This document shows, one piece after another, positions 9,531-18,446 of a stretch of 64,000 nt of DNA. Source of the DNA: Acidimicrobiia bacterium (GTDB lineage Bacteria; Actinomycetota; Acidimicrobiia; Spongiisociales; ZC4RG35); the NCBI GenBank assembly GCA_017577575.2, contig PKRG02000006.1:1243-65242 (forward strand). The letters are read 5' to 3'. The position numbers and the translations under genes are program-made. A model generated the notes under the pieces. It saw only the letters and a list, made by a program, of their open reading frames with translations, ran no database searches and had not been told where the DNA came from. Numbering within the stretch: the first letter of the stretch is position 1; the number at the start of each line of letters is the position of its first letter.

Positions 9531-9718
9531 CCGAGACCGAGACCCTCGAAGCCTTGAGGCGAGCCGCCCAGCGGGCGCTGATCCACCTGCTCAAGGCAGG
9601 CATCGAGAGCGTGAAAGCGCTCGAGGCGGTCATCGACGAGTTGTCCAGCCTGCGTCACCCCTCCGACGAGCCCAGCGACAACGGCGCCCCGCGCCGGGAA
9701 CGGATCGAGATCGAATGA
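9527..9718 (+). CDS. Small helical protein (63 aa), function unknown
   Basis: ATG at 9527 overlaps the ArsA-like stop (ATGA). Its own stop overlaps the ROK gene start (ATGA at 9715). So it is translationally coupled on both sides. Confidence 0.5.
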   Translation: MTETETLEALRRAAQRALIHLLKAGIESVKALEAVIDELSSLRHPSDEPSDNGAPRRERIEIE

Positions 9719-10593
9719 GCGCGGTGGGCGTCGACGTCGGAGGGACCTTCGTCAAGGCCGTGCGCCTCGGCTCGGGCCGCGAAGTGGTGGCGCGGACGCG
9801 CCGGCCCACACCCGAGGCGCCCTCGGAGATCATCGACGTCGTGGAGGAGGTGGCCGCCGAGCTCGGTCCCGGCCTGCCTCTCGGGCTGGGCCTGGCGGGC
9901 CTGGTCGACCACGACGCCGGCCAGCTCGTGTGGGCGCCGCATCTGCCCGGGACCTCCGTGGACTTCCGCACCCCCCTGGCCGAACGGCTCGGCGTGCCGG
10001 TCGTGGTCGACAACGACGCCAACATGGCGGCTCTGGCCGAGCACCGGCTGGGCGCGGGGCAGGGGTCCGACCACATGCTGATGATCACCCTCGGCACCGG
10101 CATCGGCATGGGAGCGATCCTCGGCGGCCAGATCTACCGGGGACGGGGCCACGCCGGGGAGGTCGGCCACATCACCATCGACACCAACGGGGACGCCTGT
10201 GCGTGCGGGCGGAAGGGCTGCTGGGAGACGAAGGTGTCCGGCACCCGTTTCGGAAACGACGCCCGCTCCATCCTCGGCCCCGACGCCAGAGCCGAGGACC
10301 TGGTCCAGGCGGCGCTCGAAGGCAACGAGGAAGCCCGGGAGGCGATCAACGACGCCGGCGAATGGCTGGCGGTCGGCCTCGAGACGCTGGTCCTGGTGTT
10401 CGACCCCGACGTGATCGTCATCGGCGGGGCGGCGGCCGGTGCAGGGGACCTCCTCCTCGACCCGGTGCGCCGCCGACTGTCGGAGACAGAAGGTGCAGGA
10501 CATCGCCCGCTCGCCAAGGTCGTCCCCAGCGTGCTCGGTCCGGAGGCCGGCGCCGTGGGGGCGGCGGTGGCGGCACTGGAGGAGGCACGATGA
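9715..10593 (+). CDS. ROK family sugar kinase (glucokinase-like)
   Basis: MSAVGVDVGGTFVKA ATP-binding start, GHAGEVGH, and the zinc motif CACGRKGCWET typical of ROK kinases. Confidence 0.85.
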   Translation: MSAVGVDVGGTFVKAVRLGSGREVVARTRRPTPEAPSEIIDVVEEVAAELGPGLPLGLGLAGLVDHDAGQLVWAPHLPGTSVDFRTPLAERLGVPVVVDNDANMAALAEHRLGAGQGSDHMLMITLGTGIGMGAILGGQIYRGRGHAGEVGHITIDTNGDACACGRKGCWETKVSGTRFGNDARSILGPDARAEDLVQAALEGNEEAREAINDAGEWLAVGLETLVLVFDPDVIVIGGAAAGAGDLLLDPVRRRLSETEGAGHRPLAKVVPSVLGPEAGAVGAAVAALEEAR

Positions 10594-11012
10594 CGGATTC
10601 GGTTCGTCCCGACGAAGTGATCCCCCCGGAGGGCGGCGGCAGCCTGCAGCTGCGGACGCTCGTCACCGACATCGCACTGCTCGTTCCCAACCTGATCAAG
10701 CTGCTCGGCCGCTTGGTCCGGGACCCGCGGGTGCCGCGTCGTTCGAAGCTGCTGGTCGGGGCGATGCTGGCGTATCTCGTCTCACCCGTGGACGTGGTCC
10801 CCGACTTCGTCCCCGGGCTCGGCAAGGTCGATGACATCCTCCTGCTGGCGCTCGCCGTCGACCATTTGTTCGACAAGGCGGGAGAGGACGTCGTGATGAG
10901 CCACTGGGACGGCCCCGCCGACTTGCTCCAGATGGTACGGACGGTCATCGACGCCACCGCCCAGCTGGTCCCGGCGCCCGTGCGGCGTTGGGTGGAACGT
11001 CTATCCAGCTGA
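10590..11012 (+). CDS. DUF1232 (YkvA-like) membrane protein
   Basis: ATGA overlap with the ROK stop. Contains the [23 protein letters not shown] signature typical of DUF1232. Confidence 0.7.
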   Translation: MTDSVRPDEVIPPEGGGSLQLRTLVTDIALLVPNLIKLLGRLVRDPRVPRRSKLLVGAMLAYLVSPVDVVPDFVPGLGKVDDILLLALAVDHLFDKAGEDVVMSHWDGPADLLQMVRTVIDATAQLVPAPVRRWVERLSS

Positions 11013-11031
11013 AAGTTCTACTCTGGAGCAG

Positions 11032-12204
11032 ATGGAGTTCCGCCGGATCGAACACCTGCCGCCGTACGTCTTCGGGCTGGTGAACGATCGGAAGCTCGCG
11101 GCTCGACGGGCGGGTGACGACATCGTCGACCTGGGTTTCGGAAACCCGGACATCCCCTCTCCGCCGAGGGTGGTCGAGAAGCTGATCGAAGCGGCCCGCA
11201 ACCCGCGCAACCACCGTTACTCGGCCTCCCGGGGCCTCCCCAACCTCCGCAAGGCAGTGGCGGACCGATACATGCGCCGGTTCGGGGTGGAGCTCGACCC
11301 GGAGACCGAGGTCATCAACACGATCGGGGCCAAGGAAGGGCTCGCCCACCTGATGTGGACCCTGGTGCAGCCGGGCGACGCCGCCATCGTCCCTGACCCT
11401 TCATATCCCATCCACATCTACGCGCCGGTGCTGGCCGGGGCGGACATCCGCAAAGCCCCCGTCACGCCGGAAGAGGACTACTTCGAGGTCGTCGAGGACA
11501 TATTCCGCAACTCGTGGCCGCGGCCACGGGTGATGATCGTCTCGTTCCCCCACAACCCGACCACGGTGTGCGTCGACCTGGCGTTCTTCCAGCGCCTGGT
11601 GGATTTCGCCCGCGAGAACGAGGTGTTCCTGGTCCACGACTTCGCCTACGCCGACGTGTCCTTCGACGGGTACGTCCCCCCATCGATCCTGCAGGTTCCG
11701 GGGGCGAAGGAGGTCGCCGTCGAGCTGTACACCCTGACCAAGGGCCACTCGATGGCGGGATGGCGCGTCGGCTTCGTCGTCGGCAACGCCGAGGCGGTGG
11801 CGGCCCTGGGCAAGCTCAAGTCCTACCTCGACTACGGCACCTTCCAGCCCATCCAGATCGCCTCGATCATCGCCCTCAACGAAGAGGACGAGTACGTCAC
11901 CGAGGTCAACGAGATCTACCGGCGCCGGCGCGACACCCTGATGGAGGGCCTGGACCGGGCCGGCTGGAAGGTGGAGCCGCCCAAGGGCACGATGTTCGTG
12001 TGGGCGCCGATTCCCGATCCATACGCCCACATGGGGTCGCTCGAGTTCTCGTTCCACCTCCTCGAGCACGCCAAGGTGGCGGTGTCGCCGGGCATCGGCT
12101 TCGGCGACGCCGGGGAAGGCTTCGTCCGTTTCGCCCTGGTCGAGAACGAGCATCGGATCGGCCAGGCCACCCGCAACATCCGTCGCGCCCTCAGCGACCT
12201 CTGA
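11032..12204 (+). CDS. Class I/II PLP-dependent aminotransferase (alanine/aspartate aminotransferase-like)
   Basis: 390 aa. Motifs LPPYVFG, GFGNPD, PHNPT, and [14 protein letters not shown] (PLP-lysine motif). Confidence 0.85.
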   Translation: MEFRRIEHLPPYVFGLVNDRKLAARRAGDDIVDLGFGNPDIPSPPRVVEKLIEAARNPRNHRYSASRGLPNLRKAVADRYMRRFGVELDPETEVINTIGAKEGLAHLMWTLVQPGDAAIVPDPSYPIHIYAPVLAGADIRKAPVTPEEDYFEVVEDIFRNSWPRPRVMIVSFPHNPTTVCVDLAFFQRLVDFARENEVFLVHDFAYADVSFDGYVPPSILQVPGAKEVAVELYTLTKGHSMAGWRVGFVVGNAEAVAALGKLKSYLDYGTFQPIQIASIIALNEEDEYVTEVNEIYRRRRDTLMEGLDRAGWKVEPPKGTMFVWAPIPDPYAHMGSLEFSFHLLEHAKVAVSPGIGFGDAGEGFVRFALVENEHRIGQATRNIRRALSDL

Positions 12205-12212
12205 GCGGCGCC

Positions 12213-13247
12213 ATGGCCTTCCCCGACGGAACCGCCGACTTCCGCTCCGACACCGTCACCCGCCCGACCGAGGAGATGCGCCGGGCGATGGCCGAGGCGG
12301 CGGTGGGCGACGACGTCTACGCCGACGACCCGACCGCCAACGCCCTCGAGGAGGAGGCCGCGGCGGTGGTCGGGAAGGAAGCGGCGGTGTTCGTCCCCAC
12401 CGGGACGATGGGCAATCAGCTGGCGGTGATGGCCCAGACCCGACCCGGCGACGAGGTCCTCGTCGACGAGCTGTCCCACATCCGCAACGTCGAGCGGGGC
12501 TGGGGCCCCGCTCACGCCGGGATCGGGTGGCGCACGGTGGCGACCGACGGCGGCCGGATCACCCCCGGGCAGGTGGACGAGGTGATGGAGCTGGCCGGTT
12601 CCATGTTCCCCCGGGTGACGCTCCTCGCCTGGGAGAACACCCACAACCTCCACGGCGGGCGCGTCGTCCCCCTCGACGTGATGGCCGAGACCTCGGCCCG
12701 TGCCCGCCGCCACGGCCTCCGGGTGCACATCGACGGCGCCCGCATCTTCAACGCCGAGGCGGCCACCGGCACCAAGGCGTCCGAGTTCGCCGCCACCGCC
12801 GACACGATCCAGTTCTGCTTCTCCAAGGGCCTCGGGGCGCCGATCGGGTCGATCGTGTGCGGGCCGAAAGACTTGATGGACGAGGTCCGCTACCTGCGCA
12901 AGCGCCTCGGCGGGGGCATGCGCCAGGTGGGGGTCATCGCCGCCGCGGCGCGCATCGCCCTCCGCGACCGGGAGCGGCTCGTCGAAGACCACCATCTCGC
13001 CCGGTACCTGGCGGAGCGGCTGGCCGAGCGCTGGCCGGGGACAGCCGACCCCGAGACCGTCGAGACGAACATGGTGCGGGTGGACGTCGCCGCGCTGCCC
13101 GGGGACATCGGAGCCATCAGGCAACGGCTGGCAGAAGACGGGATCCTCACGGGAGCGCCGGCGGCGGGGTGGTGGCGGCTGGTCACTCACCGGGACGTCG
13201 ACCGGGCGGACGTCGATCGGCTGGTGGCGGGCATCGCCGCGGACTGA
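12213..13247 (+). CDS. ltaE: Low-specificity L-threonine aldolase
   Basis: Motifs [29 protein letters not shown], and [13 protein letters not shown] (PLP lysine). Start taken at the internal ATG of track ORF 11514..13247. Confidence 0.85.
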   Translation: MAFPDGTADFRSDTVTRPTEEMRRAMAEAAVGDDVYADDPTANALEEEAAAVVGKEAAVFVPTGTMGNQLAVMAQTRPGDEVLVDELSHIRNVERGWGPAHAGIGWRTVATDGGRITPGQVDEVMELAGSMFPRVTLLAWENTHNLHGGRVVPLDVMAETSARARRHGLRVHIDGARIFNAEAATGTKASEFAATADTIQFCFSKGLGAPIGSIVCGPKDLMDEVRYLRKRLGGGMRQVGVIAAAARIALRDRERLVEDHHLARYLAERLAERWPGTADPETVETNMVRVDVAALPGDIGAIRQRLAEDGILTGAPAAGWWRLVTHRDVDRADVDRLVAGIAAD

Positions 13248-13261
13248 GCCGGGGGAGGGGC

Positions 13262-14533
13262 TCAGCCGGGCGGCGCCCGGAGCACGTACCGGTGGCCCCT
13301 CGGGCTCGTCCACACGAACGTCCCCGGGGAGGGCTGCTCGAGGTCCCATCCGGCCCCGTGCTTGGTCCGCAGGTGGTGGCGGGGGCACAGCGGCCCCAGG
13401 TTGTCGACCTCGGTGGGCCCGCCGAGACGGTGGTCGATGGTGTGGTCGAGGTGGCAGCGATGGGCTGGCACGGGACAGGTCGGGAACGAGCAGGTGCGGT
13501 CCCGGGCTTCGACATGGCGACGTTGACCCGTGGTGGGCCGCCGCCGGGTGACGCCGGTGACGACGGGGAGGCCGGTGGCCGGGTCGGTGATGTCGAACTC
13601 CCAGGTGCCGTCGGAGTTCTGGCGGGCTACGTAGCGGGCGAGATCGGCGATCACCGGGCCCCAGCCGTCCAACTCCCCGGGCTCGTCGGCGAGACCGACG
13701 AGCGTGACGAGATCCACCGTGATCTTCACGCCCCCCGATCGCCGGGACGAGTGGAGGTGGCGGCCCTCGAGGAGGTCGCAGTAGACGTCGGCCCGGATCT
13801 GGTCGATGGGCCGGTGGTCGCCCGAGCGCTTCAGCCGGCGGGAGATCTCTTCGATTCGGTCCATGATCCGGCCGACACGCTCCAGCGGCAGCTGCCGCCC
13901 GAGGAGATCGGCGGTTCCGTCGGGGTTGGGACGAGCTTCGACCTTGCGTTCCTCCAGGCCCCGACGATGCCGCTTGCGGGCCGCGTCCGGGAACTCTGAC
14001 ATGATCCGGTGGCGCAGCCTTCGCCCGATCTGGGAGGTGGTGAGCTCCGGCGCCGGGCCGAGGATCCAGCCCGCCATCTCACGGGCGGCGTCGTCGTCGA
14101 GCTCGACGGTCTCGTCGCAGATGACCCTGGCGCGGGCGGCGTCGATCCGGCCAGCGAGGAGCGCGGCCATCACCGCCGGCAACCGGGCCAGGGAGAACGC
14201 CAGGTTCAGGTGCAGGTGGGAGGCCCGGTTGGTGAGGCGCAGGGCTGCTGCCAGCTCGTCGGCGACGAACTCGTCGGGGACTTGGGTCCTCTCGGGAGGG
14301 TCGTCGGGGTCGCATGGCGGAGTGTGGGCCAGCTCGAAGATGGCGCGGTAGGCGAGGGAGTCCAGGTGGGCGCGCTGGCGCCATATGGCCTGGAGGTAGG
14401 TGACGAGCTGGTGGCCGTTGAGGTCGGAGGGGTCGATGCGCTCGAGGAGACCCGCCAGTTCCTCTCCGGGCGCGAGGCTCTCGATCGGTCCCGACGATGC
14501 CTGGCGGATGGTCCCCTGTGATTCCCCCGACAT
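13262..14533 (-). CDS. DUF222 domain / HNH endonuclease (mycobacterial 13E12-repeat-type protein)
   Basis: 423 aa. The C-terminal HNH block is CSFPTCPVPAHRCHLDHTIDHRLGGPTEVDNLGPLCPRHHLRTKH. The long helical N-terminal region is typical of DUF222. Confidence 0.85.
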   Translation of the reverse strand: MSGESQGTIRQASSGPIESLAPGEELAGLLERIDPSDLNGHQLVTYLQAIWRQRAHLDSLAYRAIFELAHTPPCDPDDPPERTQVPDEFVADELAAALRLTNRASHLHLNLAFSLARLPAVMAALLAGRIDAARARVICDETVELDDDAAREMAGWILGPAPELTTSQIGRRLRHRIMSEFPDAARKRHRRGLEERKVEARPNPDGTADLLGRQLPLERVGRIMDRIEEISRRLKRSGDHRPIDQIRADVYCDLLEGRHLHSSRRSGGVKITVDLVTLVGLADEPGELDGWGPVIADLARYVARQNSDGTWEFDITDPATGLPVVTGVTRRRPTTGQRRHVEARDRTCSFPTCPVPAHRCHLDHTIDHRLGGPTEVDNLGPLCPRHHLRTKHGAGWDLEQPSPGTFVWTSPRGHRYVLRAPPG

Positions 14534-14563
14534 GCCCCGACCATACGAGACGGCTGGGACAGA
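14534..14563 (-). promoter_or_regulatory. Putative leaderless promoter with upstream TCTGTCCCAGC element
   Basis: Minus-strand sequence is TCTGTCCCAGCCGTCTCGTATGGTCGGGGC followed by ATG. The TATGGT (TANNNT) hexamer lies 6 nt before the ATG and there is no SD. It is 23/30 identical to 2794..2823. Confidence 0.45.
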
Positions 14564-14663
14564 TTCGGGGCTCGACTCCCACGCGAGAGCCCGTCTCCGC
14601 GTTGCGGGAGTGGTCGATCGGACGGGAGCGGCGCTGGCGAGGCACGGGTATGTCTATCCTTGC

Positions 14664-14716
14664 GGTGGCGATGGGGCTCGCCGTAACCGCCCGTCTGGGC
14701 TGATGGCTCCTGGAAC
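14664..14716 (+). promoter_or_regulatory. Fluoride riboswitch (crcB RNA motif)
   Basis: GGUGGCGAUGGGGCUCGCCGUAACCGCCCGUCUGGGCUGAUGGCUCCUGGAAC aligns almost position for position with the Thermotoga petrophila fluoride riboswitch as I recall it (GGGCGAUGAGGCCCGCCCAAACUGCCCUGAAAAGGGCUGAUGGCCUCUACUG). It sits 24 nt upstream of crcB. Confidence 0.9.
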
Positions 14717-14739
14717 CGAACCGGACATCCAGCGCAGCC

Positions 14740-15153
14740 ATGCCATCTACCGACGATCGCCACCATTCGCAGCTCGCCCTTTCCCGCCTCCGGAGATCCG
14801 TTCCATTGGTCCTCGCCGGTGGCCTCCTCGGCTCGAGTCTCCGCGAGGTCGTCGTGTCGCTTCTGCCGCCCTCGCCTTTTCCGGTCGCCAACCTCACGGC
14901 GAACCTGATCGGATCCTTCTTCCTCGGCTGGCTGGTGGCCCGGCGGGAACGCCACTCCGCGACGGGGCTGGCCATCTCCTTCTGGGGAATAGGGGTCTTG
15001 GGCTCGTTCACGACCTTCTCCGGGTTCAGCGTCGCCGCCCTCGATTTGATGCGCACTGGACGCCTCCCAGCCGCGGCTGGGTACGTGGCCGCCTCGGTGA
15101 TCGGAGGGCTCTTCTCCACGCGCACCGGCCTGAGGCTCGGAGACCGGAGGTGA
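14740..15153 (+). CDS. crcB: Fluoride channel CrcB/Fluc, subunit 1
   Basis: 137 aa, 4 TM spans. Motifs ANLIGSFFLG and GVLGSFTTFSGF typical of CrcB. Confidence 0.9.
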   Translation: MPSTDDRHHSQLALSRLRRSVPLVLAGGLLGSSLREVVVSLLPPSPFPVANLTANLIGSFFLGWLVARRERHSATGLAISFWGIGVLGSFTTFSGFSVAALDLMRTGRLPAAAGYVAASVIGGLFSTRTGLRLGDRR

Positions 15154-15488
15154 GCCTCGTCGTCGCCGCCGCCGGGGCACTGGGAGCCGTGTGCCGCTAC
15201 CTCATCGGTGGCCTGATGCAATCTCGCGTTGGCTGGGAGTTTCCCGTCGGAACTCTCGTAGTGAACCTCGCCGGCTCGTTCGCTATGGGGCTGATCGTCG
15301 CTTCCTCCTCCGGGCGCGGGTGGTCGGTTGTGGCAGTCGGGTTCCTCGGAGGATTCACGACCTTCTCCACGTGGATGGTCGAGACGCTGCGACTGGGCCT
15401 GCCCTCGCCCAGAGCAGTCCTCAATGTCGCCGCGACCCTGGCCGGAGGGCTCGCCACCGCCGGTCTCGCCTACCTCCTCGTGGGGTGA
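15150..15488 (+). CDS. crcB: Fluoride channel CrcB/Fluc, subunit 2
   Basis: GTG at 15150 overlaps the first crcB stop (GTGA). Motifs GALGAVCRY, VNLAGSFAMG and GFLGGFTTFSTW. Only the last 112 codons of track ORF 14400..15488 look coding. Confidence 0.85.
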   Translation: MSLVVAAAGALGAVCRYLIGGLMQSRVGWEFPVGTLVVNLAGSFAMGLIVASSSGRGWSVVAVGFLGGFTTFSTWMVETLRLGLPSPRAVLNVAATLAGGLATAGLAYLLVG

Positions 15489-15584
15489 GAGCATCTTCCA
15501 GCCCGCTGCACGACGTGTGCGGCAGGCATCGGCTCCCGACGCTCCAGGTAACCTCCGCCGGTGCCTCCGAGTCCAAACGATCCG

Positions 15585-16517
15585 ATGACCTTTGCCGTGT
15601 TGTTCCCCGGTCAGGGGAGTCAGTTCGTGGGCATGGGCGCCGACCTGTTCGAGGCGCGTCCGGACCTGTTGGGCGATGCCGCCGACGAGGTGCTCGGCTT
15701 CTCGCTCCGTGAGGTGTGCCTGGAAGGGCCCGAGGAGCGGCTCACCCGCACCGAGCACGCCCAGCCGGCGCTGTTCGCCCTGTCGTACGCCCTGTGGGAG
15801 GAGCTCGCCTCGAAGGTGCCGCTCCCCGCAGCCGCCGCCGGGCACTCGCTGGGGGAGTACACGGCGCTCGCCGCCGCCGGCGTGTTCTCGTACCGAGACG
15901 CCCTCGCCGTGGTCGCAGAGCGGGGCCGGGCCATGGCAGCCGCCGCCGACGCCAACCCCTCGTCCATGGCGGCGGTGATCGGCGCCGACCTCGAGACGGT
16001 CGAATCCGCCTGCTCCGCCCGCCGCTCCGAGGGCGGGAGCCTGTGGGTGGCGAACATCAACGCCCCCGGCCAGGTGGTCGTCGCCGGCGGCCGAGACGAC
16101 ATCGCCTGGCTGGAGGAGAACGCCTCCGAGCTCGGCCTGCGCCGGGTGATGGGCCTGGCGGTCGCCGGTGCCTTCCACTCGCCGCTCATGCAACCCGCCT
16201 CCGACCGTCTCGCCGCGGCCCTGGAAGGCGTCGAGATCTCCGAGCCCCGTTTCCCGGTCTACTCCAACGTCACGGCGAGCCCGATCGGCTCCGGCGAACT
16301 GGTCCCCACCCTCGTCGACCAGGTGGTCTCCCCGGTCCGGTTCGCGGAGACGCTCGAGAGGATGGCGGCGGCGGGCATCGACACGTTCGTCCACGTCGGG
16401 CCCGGGGACGTGACTGCCGGGCTGGCCCGTCGAACGGTGAAGGGATCCAACGTCGTCACCGTGTCGTCGCTCGACGATGTCGGGGTTGCGGTCGAGGCCC
16501 TGGGTAGCATCAGTTGA
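15585..16517 (+). CDS. fabD: Malonyl-CoA:ACP transacylase
   Basis: MTFAVLFPGQGSQFVGMG and GHSLGEYTAL (active-site Ser). ATG at 15585 is preferred to the track GTG at 15561. Confidence 0.9.
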   Translation: MTFAVLFPGQGSQFVGMGADLFEARPDLLGDAADEVLGFSLREVCLEGPEERLTRTEHAQPALFALSYALWEELASKVPLPAAAAGHSLGEYTALAAAGVFSYRDALAVVAERGRAMAAAADANPSSMAAVIGADLETVESACSARRSEGGSLWVANINAPGQVVVAGGRDDIAWLEENASELGLRRVMGLAVAGAFHSPLMQPASDRLAAALEGVEISEPRFPVYSNVTASPIGSGELVPTLVDQVVSPVRFAETLERMAAAGIDTFVHVGPGDVTAGLARRTVKGSNVVTVSSLDDVGVAVEALGSIS

Positions 16518-16533
16518 GCCCGAGGAGTTGAAC

Positions 16534-17625
16534 GTGCCGAATGCCGAGATAACCGGTTGGGGCAAGTGCCTGCCACCCGCGGTCCTGTCCAACCACGACC
16601 TGGAGAAACTGACCGACACGAGTGACGAGTGGATCACCACTCGCACCGGGATCAAGGAACGGCGCATCTCCCACGTCGAGGTCTCCGACATGGCGGAGGT
16701 GGCGAGCCGCCGCGCCCTGGCCGCCGCCGGCAAGGAGCCGTCGGACGTGGACCTGATCGTCCTCGCCACCTGCACCGGGGACTCGATCATCCCCTCGACG
16801 GCGGCGATCCTCCAGGACAAGCTCGGTGCCTACAACGCCGCCGCCTTCGACCTCAACGCCGCCTGCTCGGGCTTCATCTATGCGCTGGTGGTCGCCTCGA
16901 ACATGATCCGGGCCGGAACCCACCGCACCGTCCTGGTGGTCGGCTCCGAGAAGCTCCACTACCACCTCGACTTCACCGACCGCTCCACGGCAGTCCTCTT
17001 CGGCGACGCCGCCGGGGCAGTGGTGCTGGAGGCCACCGAGGAGCCGGTCGGGCTCCTCAACTCCGAACTGGGCATGGACGGCTCGGTGTGGGACATCCTG
17101 CGTGTGCCCAAGGACGGCAACGTCGGCGACCCCGGGCCAAGGCTCCCCGAAGAGGGCGGCATCCGCATGAACGGGCCCGAGGTGTTCCGCCGTGCCGTGA
17201 CGACGATGAGCGAGGCGGCGGTGCGGACCATCGAAGGCGCCGGTCTCCAGCTCGACGACGTCGACCTTTTCATCCCCCACCAGGCCAACGTGCGCATCAT
17301 CGACGCCGCCGCCAAACGTCTCGGGCTTCCGGAGTCGAAGGTCTTCATCAACATCGGCTCCTACGGGAACACGTCGGCGGCCACCATCGCCGTCGCATTG
17401 ACCGAGGCGTTGGAGGAAGGCCGCGTCTCGCCCGGCGACGTGATCGTGTTCGCCGCCTTCGGGGCGGGGCTCTCGTGGGCGGCGGCGGTCCTGCGCTGGG
17501 GCGATCGCGTCACCCCGCTGGGCACCAGCGACGCCGACCTGCCGCCCACCGACAAGGACGCATTCGCGTTGCTCGAGCCCAACCTCGAGTACTACGGACG
17601 GCCCGAGCTTCCGAGGGACGAGTGA
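16534..17625 (+). CDS. fabH: Beta-ketoacyl-ACP synthase III
   Basis: ITGWGKCLPPAVLSNHDLE, NAACSGFIYAL (Cys), HQANVRI (His), GNTSAATI (Asn). GAGGAG SD lies 6 nt before GTG 16534. About 40 extra C-terminal residues compared with the FabH ends I remember. Confidence 0.85.
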   Translation: MPNAEITGWGKCLPPAVLSNHDLEKLTDTSDEWITTRTGIKERRISHVEVSDMAEVASRRALAAAGKEPSDVDLIVLATCTGDSIIPSTAAILQDKLGAYNAAAFDLNAACSGFIYALVVASNMIRAGTHRTVLVVGSEKLHYHLDFTDRSTAVLFGDAAGAVVLEATEEPVGLLNSELGMDGSVWDILRVPKDGNVGDPGPRLPEEGGIRMNGPEVFRRAVTTMSEAAVRTIEGAGLQLDDVDLFIPHQANVRIIDAAAKRLGLPESKVFINIGSYGNTSAATIAVALTEALEEGRVSPGDVIVFAAFGAGLSWAAAVLRWGDRVTPLGTSDADLPPTDKDAFALLEPNLEYYGRPELPRDE

Positions 17626-18374
17626 GCGATCCGGACGCCACCAGCCGCGTAGCACTGGTCACCGGCGGATCGAGGGGCATCGGCCGGGCCGTCTGCCTCG
17701 AGCTCGCCCGCCGCGGCCATCCGGTGGCGGTCAACTACGCCACCCGGGCCGACGCCGCCGAGGAGGTCGTCGCCGAGATCGAGGAGATGGGCGGCAAGGC
17801 GATGGCCGTCGGCGCCGATGTCGCCGACGAGGACCAGGTCACCGAGATGTTCGACGCCGTCGCAGAGGGCCTCGGCCAGGTGGCCGTCCTCGTCAACAAC
17901 GCCGGCATCAACCGCGACAACCTGCTGCTGCGGATGCCGACCGAGGACTTCGACGCCGTCATCGCCACCAACCTGCGGTCGGCGTACCTGTGCACCAAGG
18001 CGGCTCTGCGGTCGATGCTGCGGGCCAGATGGGGGCGGGTCATCTGCATGGCGTCGGTGGCGGGAGTGGCCGGCAACCCGGGCCAGGCCAACTACGCCGC
18101 CTCCAAGGCGGGCCTCATCGGGTTCGCCAAGACCGTCGCCAAGGAGGTCGGTTCCCGGGGCATCACCGTCAACGTGATCGCCCCCGGCTTCATCGAGACC
18201 GACATGACCGACGCCCTGAGCGACGATGTCAAGGCGGCCAGCCTCCAGGCCGTGGCACTCGGCCGCTTCGGCCGGCCCGAGGAAGTCGCCGCCCTGGCCG
18301 GCTTCCTCGCCTCCGAGGAAGCCTCGTACATAACGGGACAGGTCGTGATGGTCGACGGAGGGCTCGCCATCTAG
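17622..18374 (+). CDS. fabG: 3-oxoacyl-ACP reductase
   Basis: GTGA overlap with the fabH stop. Motifs TGGSRGIGRA, NNAGI, and YAASKAG (SDR catalytic YxxxK). Confidence 0.9.
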   Translation: MSDPDATSRVALVTGGSRGIGRAVCLELARRGHPVAVNYATRADAAEEVVAEIEEMGGKAMAVGADVADEDQVTEMFDAVAEGLGQVAVLVNNAGINRDNLLLRMPTEDFDAVIATNLRSAYLCTKAALRSMLRARWGRVICMASVAGVAGNPGQANYAASKAGLIGFAKTVAKEVGSRGITVNVIAPGFIETDMTDALSDDVKAASLQAVALGRFGRPEEVAALAGFLASEEASYITGQVVMVDGGLAI

Positions 18375-18446
18375 GTAGATTGCCGAACTCGATTCCGGCC
18401 CGTTGGAGACTTTGGGTCACCCACTAGAGAGAGAAAGGAACAGGAG

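Noticed and set aside
13262-14533. The DUF222-HNH gene as part of an insertion sequence or transposon.
   Set aside because: No transposase or integrase, and no terminal inverted or direct repeats could be found flanking the gene. Only a 7-bp GAGACGG/CCGTCTC inverted repeat lies in the upstream spacer.
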